IMG/VR virus record: IMGVR_UViG_3300030329_005426
Location: 1 to 64,000 of that record
Direction: 5' to 3' (one strand)
Origin: a virus
Length of the DNA: 64,000 bases
In this document: piece by piece, positions 8,942 to 18,599 of the stretch
How the letters are laid out: the number at the start of each line of letters is the position of its first letter
Numbering within the stretch: the first letter of the stretch is position 1
Position numbers and translations under genes: made by a program
Notes under the pieces: model-generated
Database searches by the model: none
Seen by the model: only the letters and a program-made list of their open reading frames with translations
Told to the model about the DNA's origin: nothing

Positions 8942-10068
8942 AAATGCTTCTCTAGTAATTGCGCTGTTAATCTAATCTGTGGGACTAGATCAATTGGATT
9001 GTTTCCTAAAAATATACCGTCACTATCAATTTTATCAGCAACAGGTGTGTCACCATGAACTCTGGCTCGCATCTTTTTAAAGACAGGTTGATTAACAAAA
9101 TTACCACAAACAATGGGTCTATGTTCTACGTTATTAGCTGTTAGTAATTCCTGAGCTCTTTCTTTCATTCCTGGTTCACTAAAAACTAATCCGAAACCAA
9201 ACCAGGATGGAGATGCTAAATTAGATACTCTTTGTATAGTACACCAAGACTTATCTTCAAAATTAGCAATGAACTCGTAGGCGTTTCTAGATCGTGTCTC
9301 ATCCATACCATCCCATTTATCTAATTGAGCTAGGCCCACTGCAGCATGTAGTTCACCTGGCCTAACATTATAACCTATAGTTTTAAATGTAAATGGATTA
9401 TCACTTTCCCATATAGTATTTCTAGTCCATCCATGTGATCGCAAACTCTTTAACGTATTAAATGTCTTTGAATCATTACAGGCTATTAGACCACCTTCCA
9501 TTGTTTGGATGTGATGACTAAAAAATGTACTGTATGTTCCCATTGTTCCAAATGATCCAGTAAACTTATTATCATAACCAGATCCTAAACTTTCACAATT
9601 ATCTTCTAAAAGGGTGAGGTCGTGTTTGTTACAAACATCAATCAGCTGATCAAAAGTACAAGGATTACCGAGGAGATTGATTCCTAATACTGCTCGAGTT
9701 TTTGAGGTGATGGCGGCCTCAACTCGATTCACATCAATGTTCCATGTATCATCTACATCAACAAACACGACCTCTAAACCTGCCTGATGGAATGGAAAAT
9801 ATGAAGTACTCCATCCAACCGCAGGAACGATAATTTCAGATCCCTCTTTGAAATAATTTAATTCTAAGCACGCTGCAGCCATTAATAAGTTAGCACTACT
9901 ACCACTATTAACCATCACTGCATATTTAACACCGAATATCTCACAGAATCTAGCTTGAAATTCTTCGACATTATTACCCATAGTAAACATGCCGCTATCA
10001 ATAATTCTATGCATTGCGGTACGCTCAGCGGCGTTCCAAGTATCAACTGCTAATGGCCAATTTATCAT
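8938..10068 (-). CDS. colD: GDP-4-keto-6-deoxy-D-mannose 3-dehydratase (PLP-dependent, DegT family)
   Basis: [12 protein letters not shown] with His replacing the catalytic Lys, EDNCES, SHGWTR, and a ColD-like N-terminus (PLAxxTW...MFTMG). Confidence 0.85.
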   Translation of the reverse strand: MINWPLAVDTWNAAERTAMHRIIDSGMFTMGNNVEEFQARFCEIFGVKYAVMVNSGSSANLLMAAACLELNYFKEGSEIIVPAVGWSTSYFPFHQAGLEVVFVDVDDTWNIDVNRVEAAITSKTRAVLGINLLGNPCTFDQLIDVCNKHDLTLLEDNCESLGSGYDNKFTGSFGTMGTYSTFFSHHIQTMEGGLIACNDSKTFNTLKSLRSHGWTRNTIWESDNPFTFKTIGYNVRPGELHAAVGLAQLDKWDGMDETRSRNAYEFIANFEDKSWCTIQRVSNLASPSWFGFGLVFSEPGMKERAQELLTANNVEHRPIVCGNFVNQPVFKKMRARVHGDTPVADKIDSDGIFLGNNPIDLVPQIRLTAQLLEKHL

Positions 10069-11038
10069 GTTCTACCATTTCTTTTACCAAATCGGAAAAA
10101 CTATATTTGGGTTGCCAACTTAAAAGGGTTTTAGCTTTCATATTTAAGCCTTCGAGATGATCCACCTCTGCTGGCCTATGATACTTTTCATCGGTAACGA
10201 CAATAACATGACCATATTGATCAACACCGTTATCACCCCACCAATCTAAATCTATATCAGCATACTTAAAAGCCATATTACAAAAATCTCGAACGGTATG
10301 GGCTTCCTGCATTGATATTACAAAATCTTCCGGTTCATCATGCTGTAACATTAACCACATGGCCTCAACATAATCTTTAGCATGACCCCAATCACGCTTT
10401 GCATCAAGATTGCCTAATGTTAATGTTTGTTGTAAGCCGGCTTTTATTCTTACGGCTGCTTCTGTAATCTTTTTAGAAACAAAGGTGCTGCCTCGGCGAG
10501 GGCTTTCATGGTTAAAAAGAATACCATTACAGGCAAACATATCATAAGCCTCTCTATAATTTTTAACAATATGATATGCATATAATTTAGCAACCCCATA
10601 AGGACTTCGCGGCATAAAAGGCGAGTCCTCGTTTTGAGGTGCTGGTGTATTACCATACAGCTCAGAGGTTGATGCTTGGTAAAATTTAATTGTTGGATCG
10701 ATTGACTTGATAGCCTCTAGGATCCGCAGTACTCCAATAGCATCACTCTGAGCTGTATATTCGGGAATCTCAAAACTAACCTTAACATGTGATTGTGCAG
10801 CAAGGTTATAGATTTCATCAGGCCGGATTTTATTTACTAAATCATTAATACATGATGAATCTGTCATATCCCCATAATGGAGCGAAATGTCGGAAAAGAT
10901 ATGATCAATTCTGCCAGTATTAAAAGAACTACTACGACGGATAATGCCGTGAACTTCATAGCCTTTTTCCAATAAGAGTTCCGCGAGATAGCTACCATCT
11001 TGTCCTGTTATCCCTGTAATTAAAGCTTTTTTAATCAT
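10043..11038 (-). CDS. gmd: GDP-mannose 4,6-dehydratase
   Basis: [39 protein letters not shown] and [10 protein letters not shown] motifs. Confidence 0.97.
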   Translation of the reverse strand: MIKKALITGITGQDGSYLAELLLEKGYEVHGIIRRSSSFNTGRIDHIFSDISLHYGDMTDSSCINDLVNKIRPDEIYNLAAQSHVKVSFEIPEYTAQSDAIGVLRILEAIKSIDPTIKFYQASTSELYGNTPAPQNEDSPFMPRSPYGVAKLYAYHIVKNYREAYDMFACNGILFNHESPRRGSTFVSKKITEAAVRIKAGLQQTLTLGNLDAKRDWGHAKDYVEAMWLMLQHDEPEDFVISMQEAHTVRDFCNMAFKYADIDLDWWGDNGVDQYGHVIVVTDEKYHRPAEVDHLEGLNMKAKTLLSWQPKYSFSDLVKEMVEHDKLAISS

Positions 11039-11298
11039 TGAAGTAAATTACTCCACTTCTTCAATTTTTCGCGTTTCTTTATAGCTCTCTGGTCAATATC
11101 TTCATATGAACATATTCCATTTTCAACTATAAGATCCATCATGCACTGAACATCACCTAATTCTTCTATTAATAGATCATGTGCTAGGTCAGATTTAAAT
11201 GGCGGCTTAGACGCTCGTATTTTTTTAGAGCAAGCTTGAATTAATTCGCCACATTCTTCCATAGTGATAACCATTAATTCTTCAATTTTACTATTCAT
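11035..11298 (-). CDS. MazG-like nucleotide pyrophosphohydrolase
   Basis: EECGELIQA...EELGDV motif. Confidence 0.85.
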   Translation of the reverse strand: MNSKIEELMVITMEECGELIQACSKKIRASKPPFKSDLAHDLLIEELGDVQCMMDLIVENGICSYEDIDQRAIKKREKLKKWSNLLQ

Positions 11299-11909
11299 AC
11301 TTGTAACTGAACGTTCATTGCAATTGAAATACGATGATCATCGTGATCATTTGTTGTAACATAGTGCTGCAGCCAGGCAGGAAAAATAATTAGTTCGCCT
11401 TGTTTTGGATTTAACGTATAATCAGATGAATTAAAATCCGTTTGTTTTATTGGATTACTATTCACCATATGATATTCAATCCGCGAATCTAAAAATGTAA
11501 TCGTACCCGACTGTGGTGGCACATTAACATAATATACAGCAGACATCCACGTGTCAGGATGGATATGTGGTCTATTAATCGCACGTTTGTTATGATTAAA
11601 GTTAATCCATGCACTGGCAATAAATGGTGGGTTGTCTGCCCTCGCCATGCCATGCTGTATGGCAATTCCGCCTGCAGCAGAGCACGTAGCTCCAAAAAGA
11701 CTTTTAAAATTTATATTTGCTATCTGCTCTTTACTTTGCCAACCGTCTGTGTTGGAATATTCCCGACCGGTCGGATCTTCTGTTCTTGCTTCTATACAAT
11801 ATTCTTTGTACACCTTTGCATCGACATCCATATCTAGCATGGAGCCAACATCTATTGTATAGAATGTTGTGGGAAAAATAAACGTTTCATTAATTTTTAT
11901 GTCCACCAT
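11295..11909 (-). CDS. 2OG-Fe(II) oxygenase (TIGR02466-like)
   Basis: PHIHP, SAVYYV, FPAWLQHYV and RISIAMN motifs. Confidence 0.85.
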   Translation of the reverse strand: MVDIKINETFIFPTTFYTIDVGSMLDMDVDAKVYKEYCIEARTEDPTGREYSNTDGWQSKEQIANINFKSLFGATCSAAGGIAIQHGMARADNPPFIASAWINFNHNKRAINRPHIHPDTWMSAVYYVNVPPQSGTITFLDSRIEYHMVNSNPIKQTDFNSSDYTLNPKQGELIIFPAWLQHYVTTNDHDDHRISIAMNVQLQV

Positions 11910-11939
11910 AATATATAATACCCGATCATTAAAATTAAA

Positions 11940-13664
11940 TCAAGCCGCAATCCTACTAAAGTTTTTATGTTTTTCAAATCGCAGTGAACTATAAAACTTA
12001 TCCTGTAGTATATCACCTTTATGACTAATTACAAATACATTTGAATCAAGCCCGATTTCGTGGATTAATTTTAGAAATGCATCCATTCCCTCTGTATCAA
12101 GTGAGCTGTCGAATACTTCATCTAAAACCAGCAAGTTAGTATTTGTAGAATTTTTCATTTTAGCAATAGCGCGCCAGGTAAACAGCAGGGCCAAATCAAT
12201 TCGCATCTTTTCACCTTCACTGAATGAATCATACGAAAAATCATCACGATGACGGGACTTAATAGTTTCTTCAAATTTTTCGTTCAATTCAAATTTAACA
12301 AAAAATTCCATCGCAGCAAGATACTTATTAACCAATTTATTCATAATAGGAACATACTGCTTAACAATACGTTGCTTAATACCTTTATCTCTTAGCAATA
12401 CACTTGCTACATCCAAGACCTGATTATCATCTCTTATTTCTTTTTTCTTGGCAATTAATTTAGCTAATTTCTTATCAAGATCTAGTAGCTTTTTATTTTC
12501 TTTTGCCACATCTTTAAAATTGCTTTGAGTATCCTTTATATTACTTTCGAGAATTTTAACATGGGCCATTAGGGCATTGACATTAGCATTCTCTGTAGTA
12601 GCTACTTCTTGATGTGATTGTATTTGAACGTGAATCTCATATATCTCATTAACACGCGCCTGAACCTTTGTATATTCAGCGCCTAGTTTTTCTAATGCTA
12701 ACTCGACTTCATTTAACTTATCACCCTTCATACCCATATTACGAGCTTTGTGATCTTCCGTTATTTGCTGATGGCATGTGGGGCAGGTATCATTTGTTTC
12801 ATAAAAAACAAGTTCTTTTTTTAAGGTGCTTTTTTTATTCTCTAGCTGATCTTCGAGTTTAGTAATTTTCCTAAGCTGTTTATCAGCCTTGTCTTCATCT
12901 TTAATTTTAGATAATAGATCTTGAGAAGCTATCATAGCCGCGTCAACATTCTCACGATGAAATTTTATTTTATTATTAGCATCATCAATATCAGCCTGCA
13001 TTTTATCAAGCAGCTCTTGCTTATCCGCTTTCAGGGAATCAACCTGTTCTTCGATTAAAAATTTCTTTTCTTCTTCTATTTTAATCTTATAATCTACATC
13101 TGTCATATCATTTTTATTTGTAGATATCTTTTCTTTGAGCAGTGTATTCATAAACGAAAATATTTTAATATCTAATATGTCTTCAATAATTTCCCGCCTG
13201 TCTGCAGCCTTCAACTGCATAAAGGGTACAAACGTACTACTACCTAGTATTACGATCTGTGTAAAAGAATTGTAATTAAGCTTTAAAATATTTTCTTCTA
13301 AGAACTTCTGATAGTCTCTATTTTTTGCTTCTTGATTAAGCAAGACGCCGTTCTTATATAATTCAAAGGGATTAGATCTGTATTTGTTAAATCCCCTGTA
13401 GATCTTATATTCATTGGAACCGATTTTAAACTCGACTTCAACTGTTAAATCTTTTCCGTTGACCGAATTAACCAACTGTGGTATATTCACTTTCCTAAAT
13501 GGTTTTGCGAATAGACCATAACAAAGGGCATCAAGAACTGTAGATTTTCCTGATCCATTTTCTCCAACAATAAGACAGTTGGGGCTACGGTTTAAATCAA
13601 TTTCGGTGAAAACGTTTCCTGTAGATAAGAAATTACGCCAACGCACCTTCTGAAAAATAATCAA
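11940..13664 (-). CDS. 46: Recombination endonuclease ATPase subunit gp46 (Rad50/SbcC-like)
   Basis: Walker A GENGSGKS, CPTC Zn hook, FSEGE signature, LDEVFD. Confidence 0.97.
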   Translation of the reverse strand: MIIFQKVRWRNFLSTGNVFTEIDLNRSPNCLIVGENGSGKSTVLDALCYGLFAKPFRKVNIPQLVNSVNGKDLTVEVEFKIGSNEYKIYRGFNKYRSNPFELYKNGVLLNQEAKNRDYQKFLEENILKLNYNSFTQIVILGSSTFVPFMQLKAADRREIIEDILDIKIFSFMNTLLKEKISTNKNDMTDVDYKIKIEEEKKFLIEEQVDSLKADKQELLDKMQADIDDANNKIKFHRENVDAAMIASQDLLSKIKDEDKADKQLRKITKLEDQLENKKSTLKKELVFYETNDTCPTCHQQITEDHKARNMGMKGDKLNEVELALEKLGAEYTKVQARVNEIYEIHVQIQSHQEVATTENANVNALMAHVKILESNIKDTQSNFKDVAKENKKLLDLDKKLAKLIAKKKEIRDDNQVLDVASVLLRDKGIKQRIVKQYVPIMNKLVNKYLAAMEFFVKFELNEKFEETIKSRHRDDFSYDSFSEGEKMRIDLALLFTWRAIAKMKNSTNTNLLVLDEVFDSSLDTEGMDAFLKLIHEIGLDSNVFVISHKGDILQDKFYSSLRFEKHKNFSRIAA

Positions 13665-14737
13665 ATGTGGTGATCCATATTGATTGCTTCAGTATATAAA
13701 CTGGAAAGCAATCCTGTTAGCTTTTTCTTATCAACATCAACATCCATTCCCTCAACGTAGTTTTGTAGAATGGTCATGGTGTCCTCGGCTTCATCAATTA
13801 TATCTTCCTCAGTTGCTTTATCTAAGTTTTTATGATCATCAACGATAGATACTTGTGACGGATTAGCCTTATATAACTTATCCATGAAAAGATCAAACCA
13901 ATCCGGATTATTTTTATTCTGCACAATAACTTTAATATTGGCGTCGATATAATCATCGAACCGATTTTCATCTTTTAGATAATCATCGTAATTAGTCTGC
14001 TCATCATCATACCAAACTTTATAAAACATTTTATAGGGATTTTGTATAAAAGTCAACTCTCTTGTGGTCGTATCAAAAACATGAAATCCTTTTTGTTGGT
14101 TATAATCAGACCAGTTAATTTCATATGGACAACCGAGATAATGAATATTGTTATCGGAGCTGCGGTGATGGAAGTGACCTGATGCTACTACATCAAAATC
14201 TTTGAATAAATTTTTCTGAAGGCCGCCCTCATGGAATATTCCCGGCATCATAGCAAAGCCATCAATTTCTAAATGACCGAACAAAACCTGTGCTTGTGTT
14301 CCTTTAATCTTTGTCATCGTGTCCTGGTAATTATTGTTATTAATCCAAGGAACGAGTAATATTTTACAACCATCAAAATCAAGCTCTGTGGTCTCGTCAT
14401 AAAACTCAGGGTATCCTGTACCACCAAACAATTCACGCATAGAATTTACTTCGTTTGTATTTCTAAACGGGACATCATGATTTCCAATAATTACATGGAG
14501 AGCCACATCCATTGATTTGAGCTGGAGGATAAACCTGTCTTTAAGAGCACGAAGTATGTTATAATTAATATACTTACGGCGATCAACGATGTCGCCAAGA
14601 TGGATGACTGTCGATATGTTATTTTCCCGAAGATAAGGAAAAAACACATTATCATAAAAGCGATGAAAATACTCCAGAAAAATGAGACTATCATTCCTGG
14701 CCCCCCAATGCGTATCTGTAACTAATGCTATTTTCAC
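13661..14737 (-). CDS. 47: Recombination endonuclease nuclease subunit gp47 (Mre11/SbcD-like)
   Basis: DTHWG, GDIVDRR, GNHD and GHFH phosphoesterase motifs. Confidence 0.96.
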   Translation of the reverse strand: MKIALVTDTHWGARNDSLIFLEYFHRFYDNVFFPYLRENNISTVIHLGDIVDRRKYINYNILRALKDRFILQLKSMDVALHVIIGNHDVPFRNTNEVNSMRELFGGTGYPEFYDETTELDFDGCKILLVPWINNNNYQDTMTKIKGTQAQVLFGHLEIDGFAMMPGIFHEGGLQKNLFKDFDVVASGHFHHRSSDNNIHYLGCPYEINWSDYNQQKGFHVFDTTTRELTFIQNPYKMFYKVWYDDEQTNYDDYLKDENRFDDYIDANIKVIVQNKNNPDWFDLFMDKLYKANPSQVSIVDDHKNLDKATEEDIIDEAEDTMTILQNYVEGMDVDVDKKKLTGLLSSLYTEAINMDHHI

Positions 14738-14739
14738 AT

Positions 14740-15321
14740 TCAGTCCCCAATAATTTGATCTAAGCCCTCTTTGCGTTTTATACGCTTTTTAACTTGCCGA
14801 CGTTTATTGTCCTCGAAATCAGAAATAAAATTACTCATATATTCCTGTGACCACTCGCTAGCTTTAATCTGATCGTTATAGTTTTTACCTATATCATGCG
14901 CCTGCTTCGATGTTGTTTCGTCCATGACATTAGCATTTTCAGTAAGCTTATATTTTGTATATAACAACTTTTTTTCTTTTTGGATACGCCTAAGAAAAGC
15001 ATAATAAATTATTTGTGTAAAATATGCAAATGGATTAGAGCTTTTTTCTGGGTCAAAATTATCAATATATTGTAAGCAATTTTCTATCCCATCACAGATC
15101 ATTTCATCGCGGAACGTATAATTGATAAAATTAGGTTTGTGGGATAAGTGTGTTGCAATTTTCATTATACACTCACCTATATAATTAGGCACGCGTGGAC
15201 GTGTGTTTTTATCCCCACTATTTGTATGTTTCTTCCAATCAGTTACCTTCTCGCGGTATTCAACCATGGCGGCCAGAAACTCTTTATTATTTACATAATG
15301 AGCATTCTTTGTTTTTTTCAT
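14740..15321 (-). CDS. 55: Late-transcription sigma factor gp55
   Basis: HYVNNKEF, YTFRDEMICDGIENC and NPFAYFTQIIYYAFLRRIQKEKK motifs. Confidence 0.97.
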   Translation of the reverse strand: MKKTKNAHYVNNKEFLAAMVEYREKVTDWKKHTNSGDKNTRPRVPNYIGECIMKIATHLSHKPNFINYTFRDEMICDGIENCLQYIDNFDPEKSSNPFAYFTQIIYYAFLRRIQKEKKLLYTKYKLTENANVMDETTSKQAHDIGKNYNDQIKASEWSQEYMSNFISDFEDNKRRQVKKRIKRKEGLDQIIGD

Positions 15322-15336
15322 TTGATCACTTTCCTG

Positions 15337-15365
15337 TTGACACGGTACTAAAAACTTATTATAAT
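15337..15365 (+). promoter_or_regulatory. Perfect-consensus sigma70 promoter, antisense to the operon
   Basis: TTGACA-cggtactaaaaacttat (17 nt)-TATAAT. Confidence 0.7.
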
Positions 15366-15399
15366 AACGTGTAGCGTTTAAGAAATAATATAGTAATTA

Positions 15400-15831
15400 T
15401 TAATGTATGGTTACTGAAGTGTTACCATATAATTCAGATATTTCAGACATTGCTTCGCCTGCAGCTTCTTGCAGGGCTTGTTCAAAAGATTTTCTTTCTT
15501 CCATCCGTCTCTTTAAAAAATCAGGATCATTATAATTACCTATAGCCTCTTTATAATATTGTAAAAGGTCATCTTTCGGTGGTTCCATTGATACTACATT
15601 ATAGTCACGAACCATTATTACTTCACTTTTAACATATGGTTGCCACGGAACTAAATGTACCTGCATCCTGTGATGTGATATAGGATGGGAAAGCACCCTT
15701 AGTGCATCTGCTATAGCTAAACCCTGCTCCTGTGGGAAGCTAAGCTCTGTATCTAGCCGACCTATAATATCTTCTCCGTTAGATAACTTGAAGTAAAATA
15801 TATCGTAATCCGACGGTGCAAAATCTGACAT
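15400..15831 (-). CDS. Conserved T4-like hypothetical protein (Sm-like fold) between uvsW and g55
   Basis: KLSNGEDIIG...LVPWQPY pattern, syntenic position. Confidence 0.7.
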   Translation of the reverse strand: MSDFAPSDYDIFYFKLSNGEDIIGRLDTELSFPQEQGLAIADALRVLSHPISHHRMQVHLVPWQPYVKSEVIMVRDYNVVSMEPPKDDLLQYYKEAIGNYNDPDFLKRRMEERKSFEQALQEAAGEAMSEISELYGNTSVTIH

Positions 15832-17322
15832 CTATTTTAGCCTTATGTTATGAATTCTATACTTAAATTTTTCTTTAGTATAAATCTTCATTCTTTCTAA
15901 GAAATGCTTGAGGGTATAATTGCGATGTGCGCCTATTGACATGTCATCAGCTATATCTAAAAGCGTAGCTGTATGCTTGGTATCTGATCTACGCAATCCG
16001 CGTCCGATTGATTGCAGACTGCGAATCTTGGATTTTGTGGGACTGGCGAACACGATATTACTGAGATTGATAATATTAATACCAGTAGAAAAAGTACCGT
16101 ATGACGCAACGATAATCGCATCTGATTCTTTTTCCATAATAGCCCTAACTTCTTCTCGATCTGTTGCATCTGTACCCCCATAAATGAAAAATACTTTACG
16201 TTCACCCGCTTCCTTCTCAATCATTTCATGTAGAATTTTACCATGCTTTTCAACGAATTGAAAAAGTAATAGCGTATTACCCTTCAATGATAACGTAAGA
16301 TTAGTTATAAATTTGTTACGCTCAGCTGAGCCAACAATATAGTCAATTTCTTCTTGATATGTCTTCCCTCTTAAATCTTTACACACCTGTGTAGGGTGTT
16401 TAAGTACTAAAGCTTTAATTTTAAATTCAGCTAAGTGCTTGGCATCAATAAGTTCTTTGGTTTTAATAACTTGCTTAACTTTTCCAAACAAACCCTCTAA
16501 AACCAGTTGATGTGTTTCCATTCCATCAAGGGTACCTGTTGTACCAAACCGGTATTTGCAATTCACCAATTTAGTCATTATAGACGTTAATGACTTTGCT
16601 TTAAATTGATGTGCTTCGTCGCCTATACACAATTCATATTGTGCGAAGTACTTTTTATTTAGGTTGTATATACTCTGCCATGTACTGATAACAATCGGGG
16701 CGTCAGAATCTTTTTCTTTCCCGGCCATGACGATATGGATATCATCAGGATTAGCGCCATATGATATCAGGTCTTTTTGCATCTGTAATACCAATGATGT
16801 GGTAGGTACTATTACCAGTGATTTAACGCCATACCATTGTAACAGCAGATGAATAATGAGACTCTTACCAGATGCTGTAGGAGATAAGAGCATCGCCCTA
16901 TTATTCCGCACTGCATGTATGAAAGCATCAACCTGGTAACCTCTTGGCGTTAAAGGTAAGTTTAGGGTACCAATCCATTCAGATGCGTCATTTTGCGCAA
17001 AAACCTCTTCTTTATCAACAGTGTCATCAAATGTGACAGAATAGTTCCTTTCTTTAGCAAATTGGTCTACATATGGTACTAAACCGGCATATAATTGTTT
17101 GTTTTTGTTGTTATACAGGCGAATTTTACCATCCCACATTTTATTACGATAACTAGGCATAAACTTAGCGCCCGGTACCATAAATGTAAAGTACTCGGTT
17201 AGCTCCTGGCGTATACCGAACTCGGCATTTACCTTAATATAGACGTCATCTATCTTCGAAACATACACTTTATTGCTGTCCAAATTGAGTGAGTCGTCTC
17301 CAATCAATAGCGGCGCGTACAT
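15832..17322 (-). CDS. uvsW: UvsW DNA/RNA helicase
   Basis: SPTASGKS, DEAH, TGT and QSIGRGLR SF2 motifs. True start probably near 17286. Confidence 0.95.
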   Translation of the reverse strand: MYAPLLIGDDSLNLDSNKVYVSKIDDVYIKVNAEFGIRQELTEYFTFMVPGAKFMPSYRNKMWDGKIRLYNNKNKQLYAGLVPYVDQFAKERNYSVTFDDTVDKEEVFAQNDASEWIGTLNLPLTPRGYQVDAFIHAVRNNRAMLLSPTASGKSLIIHLLLQWYGVKSLVIVPTTSLVLQMQKDLISYGANPDDIHIVMAGKEKDSDAPIVISTWQSIYNLNKKYFAQYELCIGDEAHQFKAKSLTSIMTKLVNCKYRFGTTGTLDGMETHQLVLEGLFGKVKQVIKTKELIDAKHLAEFKIKALVLKHPTQVCKDLRGKTYQEEIDYIVGSAERNKFITNLTLSLKGNTLLLFQFVEKHGKILHEMIEKEAGERKVFFIYGGTDATDREEVRAIMEKESDAIIVASYGTFSTGINIINLSNIVFASPTKSKIRSLQSIGRGLRRSDTKHTATLLDIADDMSIGAHRNYTLKHFLERMKIYTKEKFKYRIHNIRLK

Positions 17323-17713
17323 GAAAACCCCGTGAGTTTATTGCTTTTATAATTTCCTCACAGACGGCAACCATTTCTTCTTGATATGCAAGTTTAGTGG
17401 TAACCTTTACATAATCTTCGTCGGCCTCTACATAACTATTAAGATCTGCTTTCAACACTGTCTTAGGCCACGGTTCACGACCAATACGTTCCAGATCTTC
17501 AGGGTTGTTTAATTCACCCCTATAATACTCAGACAAATCCTTAACACTACGTTTCAATTGTAATTTAATTGAGCGTAGTTTTAAACGTTCGTCAGACAAA
17601 ATTTTGAGATATTTAGCGTGGAGAAGAGGTATATTCAAGCTCTCATTATCCAAGTCAATATCATCAATTTTAGCGTCTGCACGCCACATATCAACTACGT
17701 CTTCAATTTTCAT
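17270..17713 (-). CDS. uvsY: UvsY recombination mediator
   Basis: DAKIDDIDLD.ESL.IP.LHAKY and AIDWRR motifs, synteny. Confidence 0.9.
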   Translation of the reverse strand: MKIEDVVDMWRADAKIDDIDLDNESLNIPLLHAKYLKILSDERLKLRSIKLQLKRSVKDLSEYYRGELNNPEDLERIGREPWPKTVLKADLNSYVEADEDYVKVTTKLAYQEEMVAVCEEIIKAINSRGFHVRAAIDWRRLTQFGQQ

Positions 17714-17740
17714 TACAAACCTCACTTACGAAATAATCTA

Positions 17741-17769
17741 ATTATATCACAAAACTAAAATTTATTCAA
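17741..17769 (-). promoter_or_regulatory. Sigma70 promoter for the uvsY-uvsW-g55-g47-g46 operon
   Basis: TTGAAT, 17 nt spacer, TATAAT with an extended -10 TG. Confidence 0.75.
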
Positions 17770-18280
17770 TCTTAAAAGAGCGATATCCAAATGTTACTGT
17801 TGCTTCCAAATGTTCAACATCCATGCCTGTGGAATCGAATTCAAGTGGAGTACAATTTATAGGAAACATATCTTCAAAGAAGACTTGCCTATTAGCGTTC
17901 ATATTACTAGTTAATACGATCAAAGTACCATCCGATACTACTGTTTGGGCCGGAGATGTACTACGACGATCTGCCAATTTCCTGTGTTGATCTAAATCTT
18001 CTGGATGGCCCAGTCCTTCAAGCCAGTTTAGAATTTCCAGATAGTTTTTCATATCTTCATCGACCTTAAACCTTAATATAAAAGGCTCATATGTCAATCT
18101 ATCACCAGGAATAGGATACCGCAATAGTGGCGTTTCTCTGTCAACTTGGCCGAATGTAATGCTAGGTAACGTACAAGCCTGAGAGAAGTATATTACATTA
18201 GGTGCCCGTTGCATTACAAAGCGAAATCCTAGTGGCGATAGGAAATTCTTATTTTCGGGTTGTGATTGAGCGTTCGCCAT
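17762..18280 (-). CDS. 3: Tail tube terminator / tail completion protein gp3
   Basis: NFLSPLGFRF, PGDRLTYEP and FKVDEDMKNY motifs. Confidence 0.88.
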   Translation of the reverse strand: MANAQSQPENKNFLSPLGFRFVMQRAPNVIYFSQACTLPSITFGQVDRETPLLRYPIPGDRLTYEPFILRFKVDEDMKNYLEILNWLEGLGHPEDLDQHRKLADRRSTSPAQTVVSDGTLIVLTSNMNANRQVFFEDMFPINCTPLEFDSTGMDVEHLEATVTFGYRSFKIE

Positions 18281-18512
18281 ATCGTATATAATCCTTTGCG
18301 TTCCGATACTCCGTAATAGGACTATCAGCAATTTGAACCTCAGCTATTACAGCGTCAATATTTTCTTTCCAGAAGGTCAAGAATTTATGGACCCGTGGAT
18401 AGTAAGGTTTTATATCTTCCGTCTGCCACATGAACTCTTGCAGAATGTCGGTATAATCAGGCATCCAATACAAGACATCAACTGTAGCAATGATCTTTTG
18501 CCGTATTATCAT
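18249..18512 (-). CDS. Usg-like protein
   Basis: LYWMPDY..ILQEFMWQ..D..P.YPRVHKFLTFW..NI matches the Usg family pattern. Confidence 0.7.
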   Translation of the reverse strand: MIIRQKIIATVDVLYWMPDYTDILQEFMWQTEDIKPYYPRVHKFLTFWKENIDAVIAEVQIADSPITEYRNAKDYIRYGERSITTRK

Positions 18513-18540
18513 ATATTTATTTATGCGGATTAAAAACAAT

Positions 18541-18569
18541 AAAAAAGGAGAGACCGAAGTCTCTCCTTT
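18541..18569 (-). terminator. Rho-independent terminator after g23
   Basis: GGAGAGAC-TTCG-GTCTCTCC followed by T6, with a C(UUCG)G tetraloop. Confidence 0.92.
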
Positions 18570-18599
18570 AGTTTCACTCGGGTATGTTTATGTTTATTA

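Noticed and set aside
8938-10068. Perosamine synthase or generic DegT aminotransferase
   Set aside because: The catalytic Lys position is His (SHH), and the gene is paired with an Fcl/ColC reductase, which fits ColD
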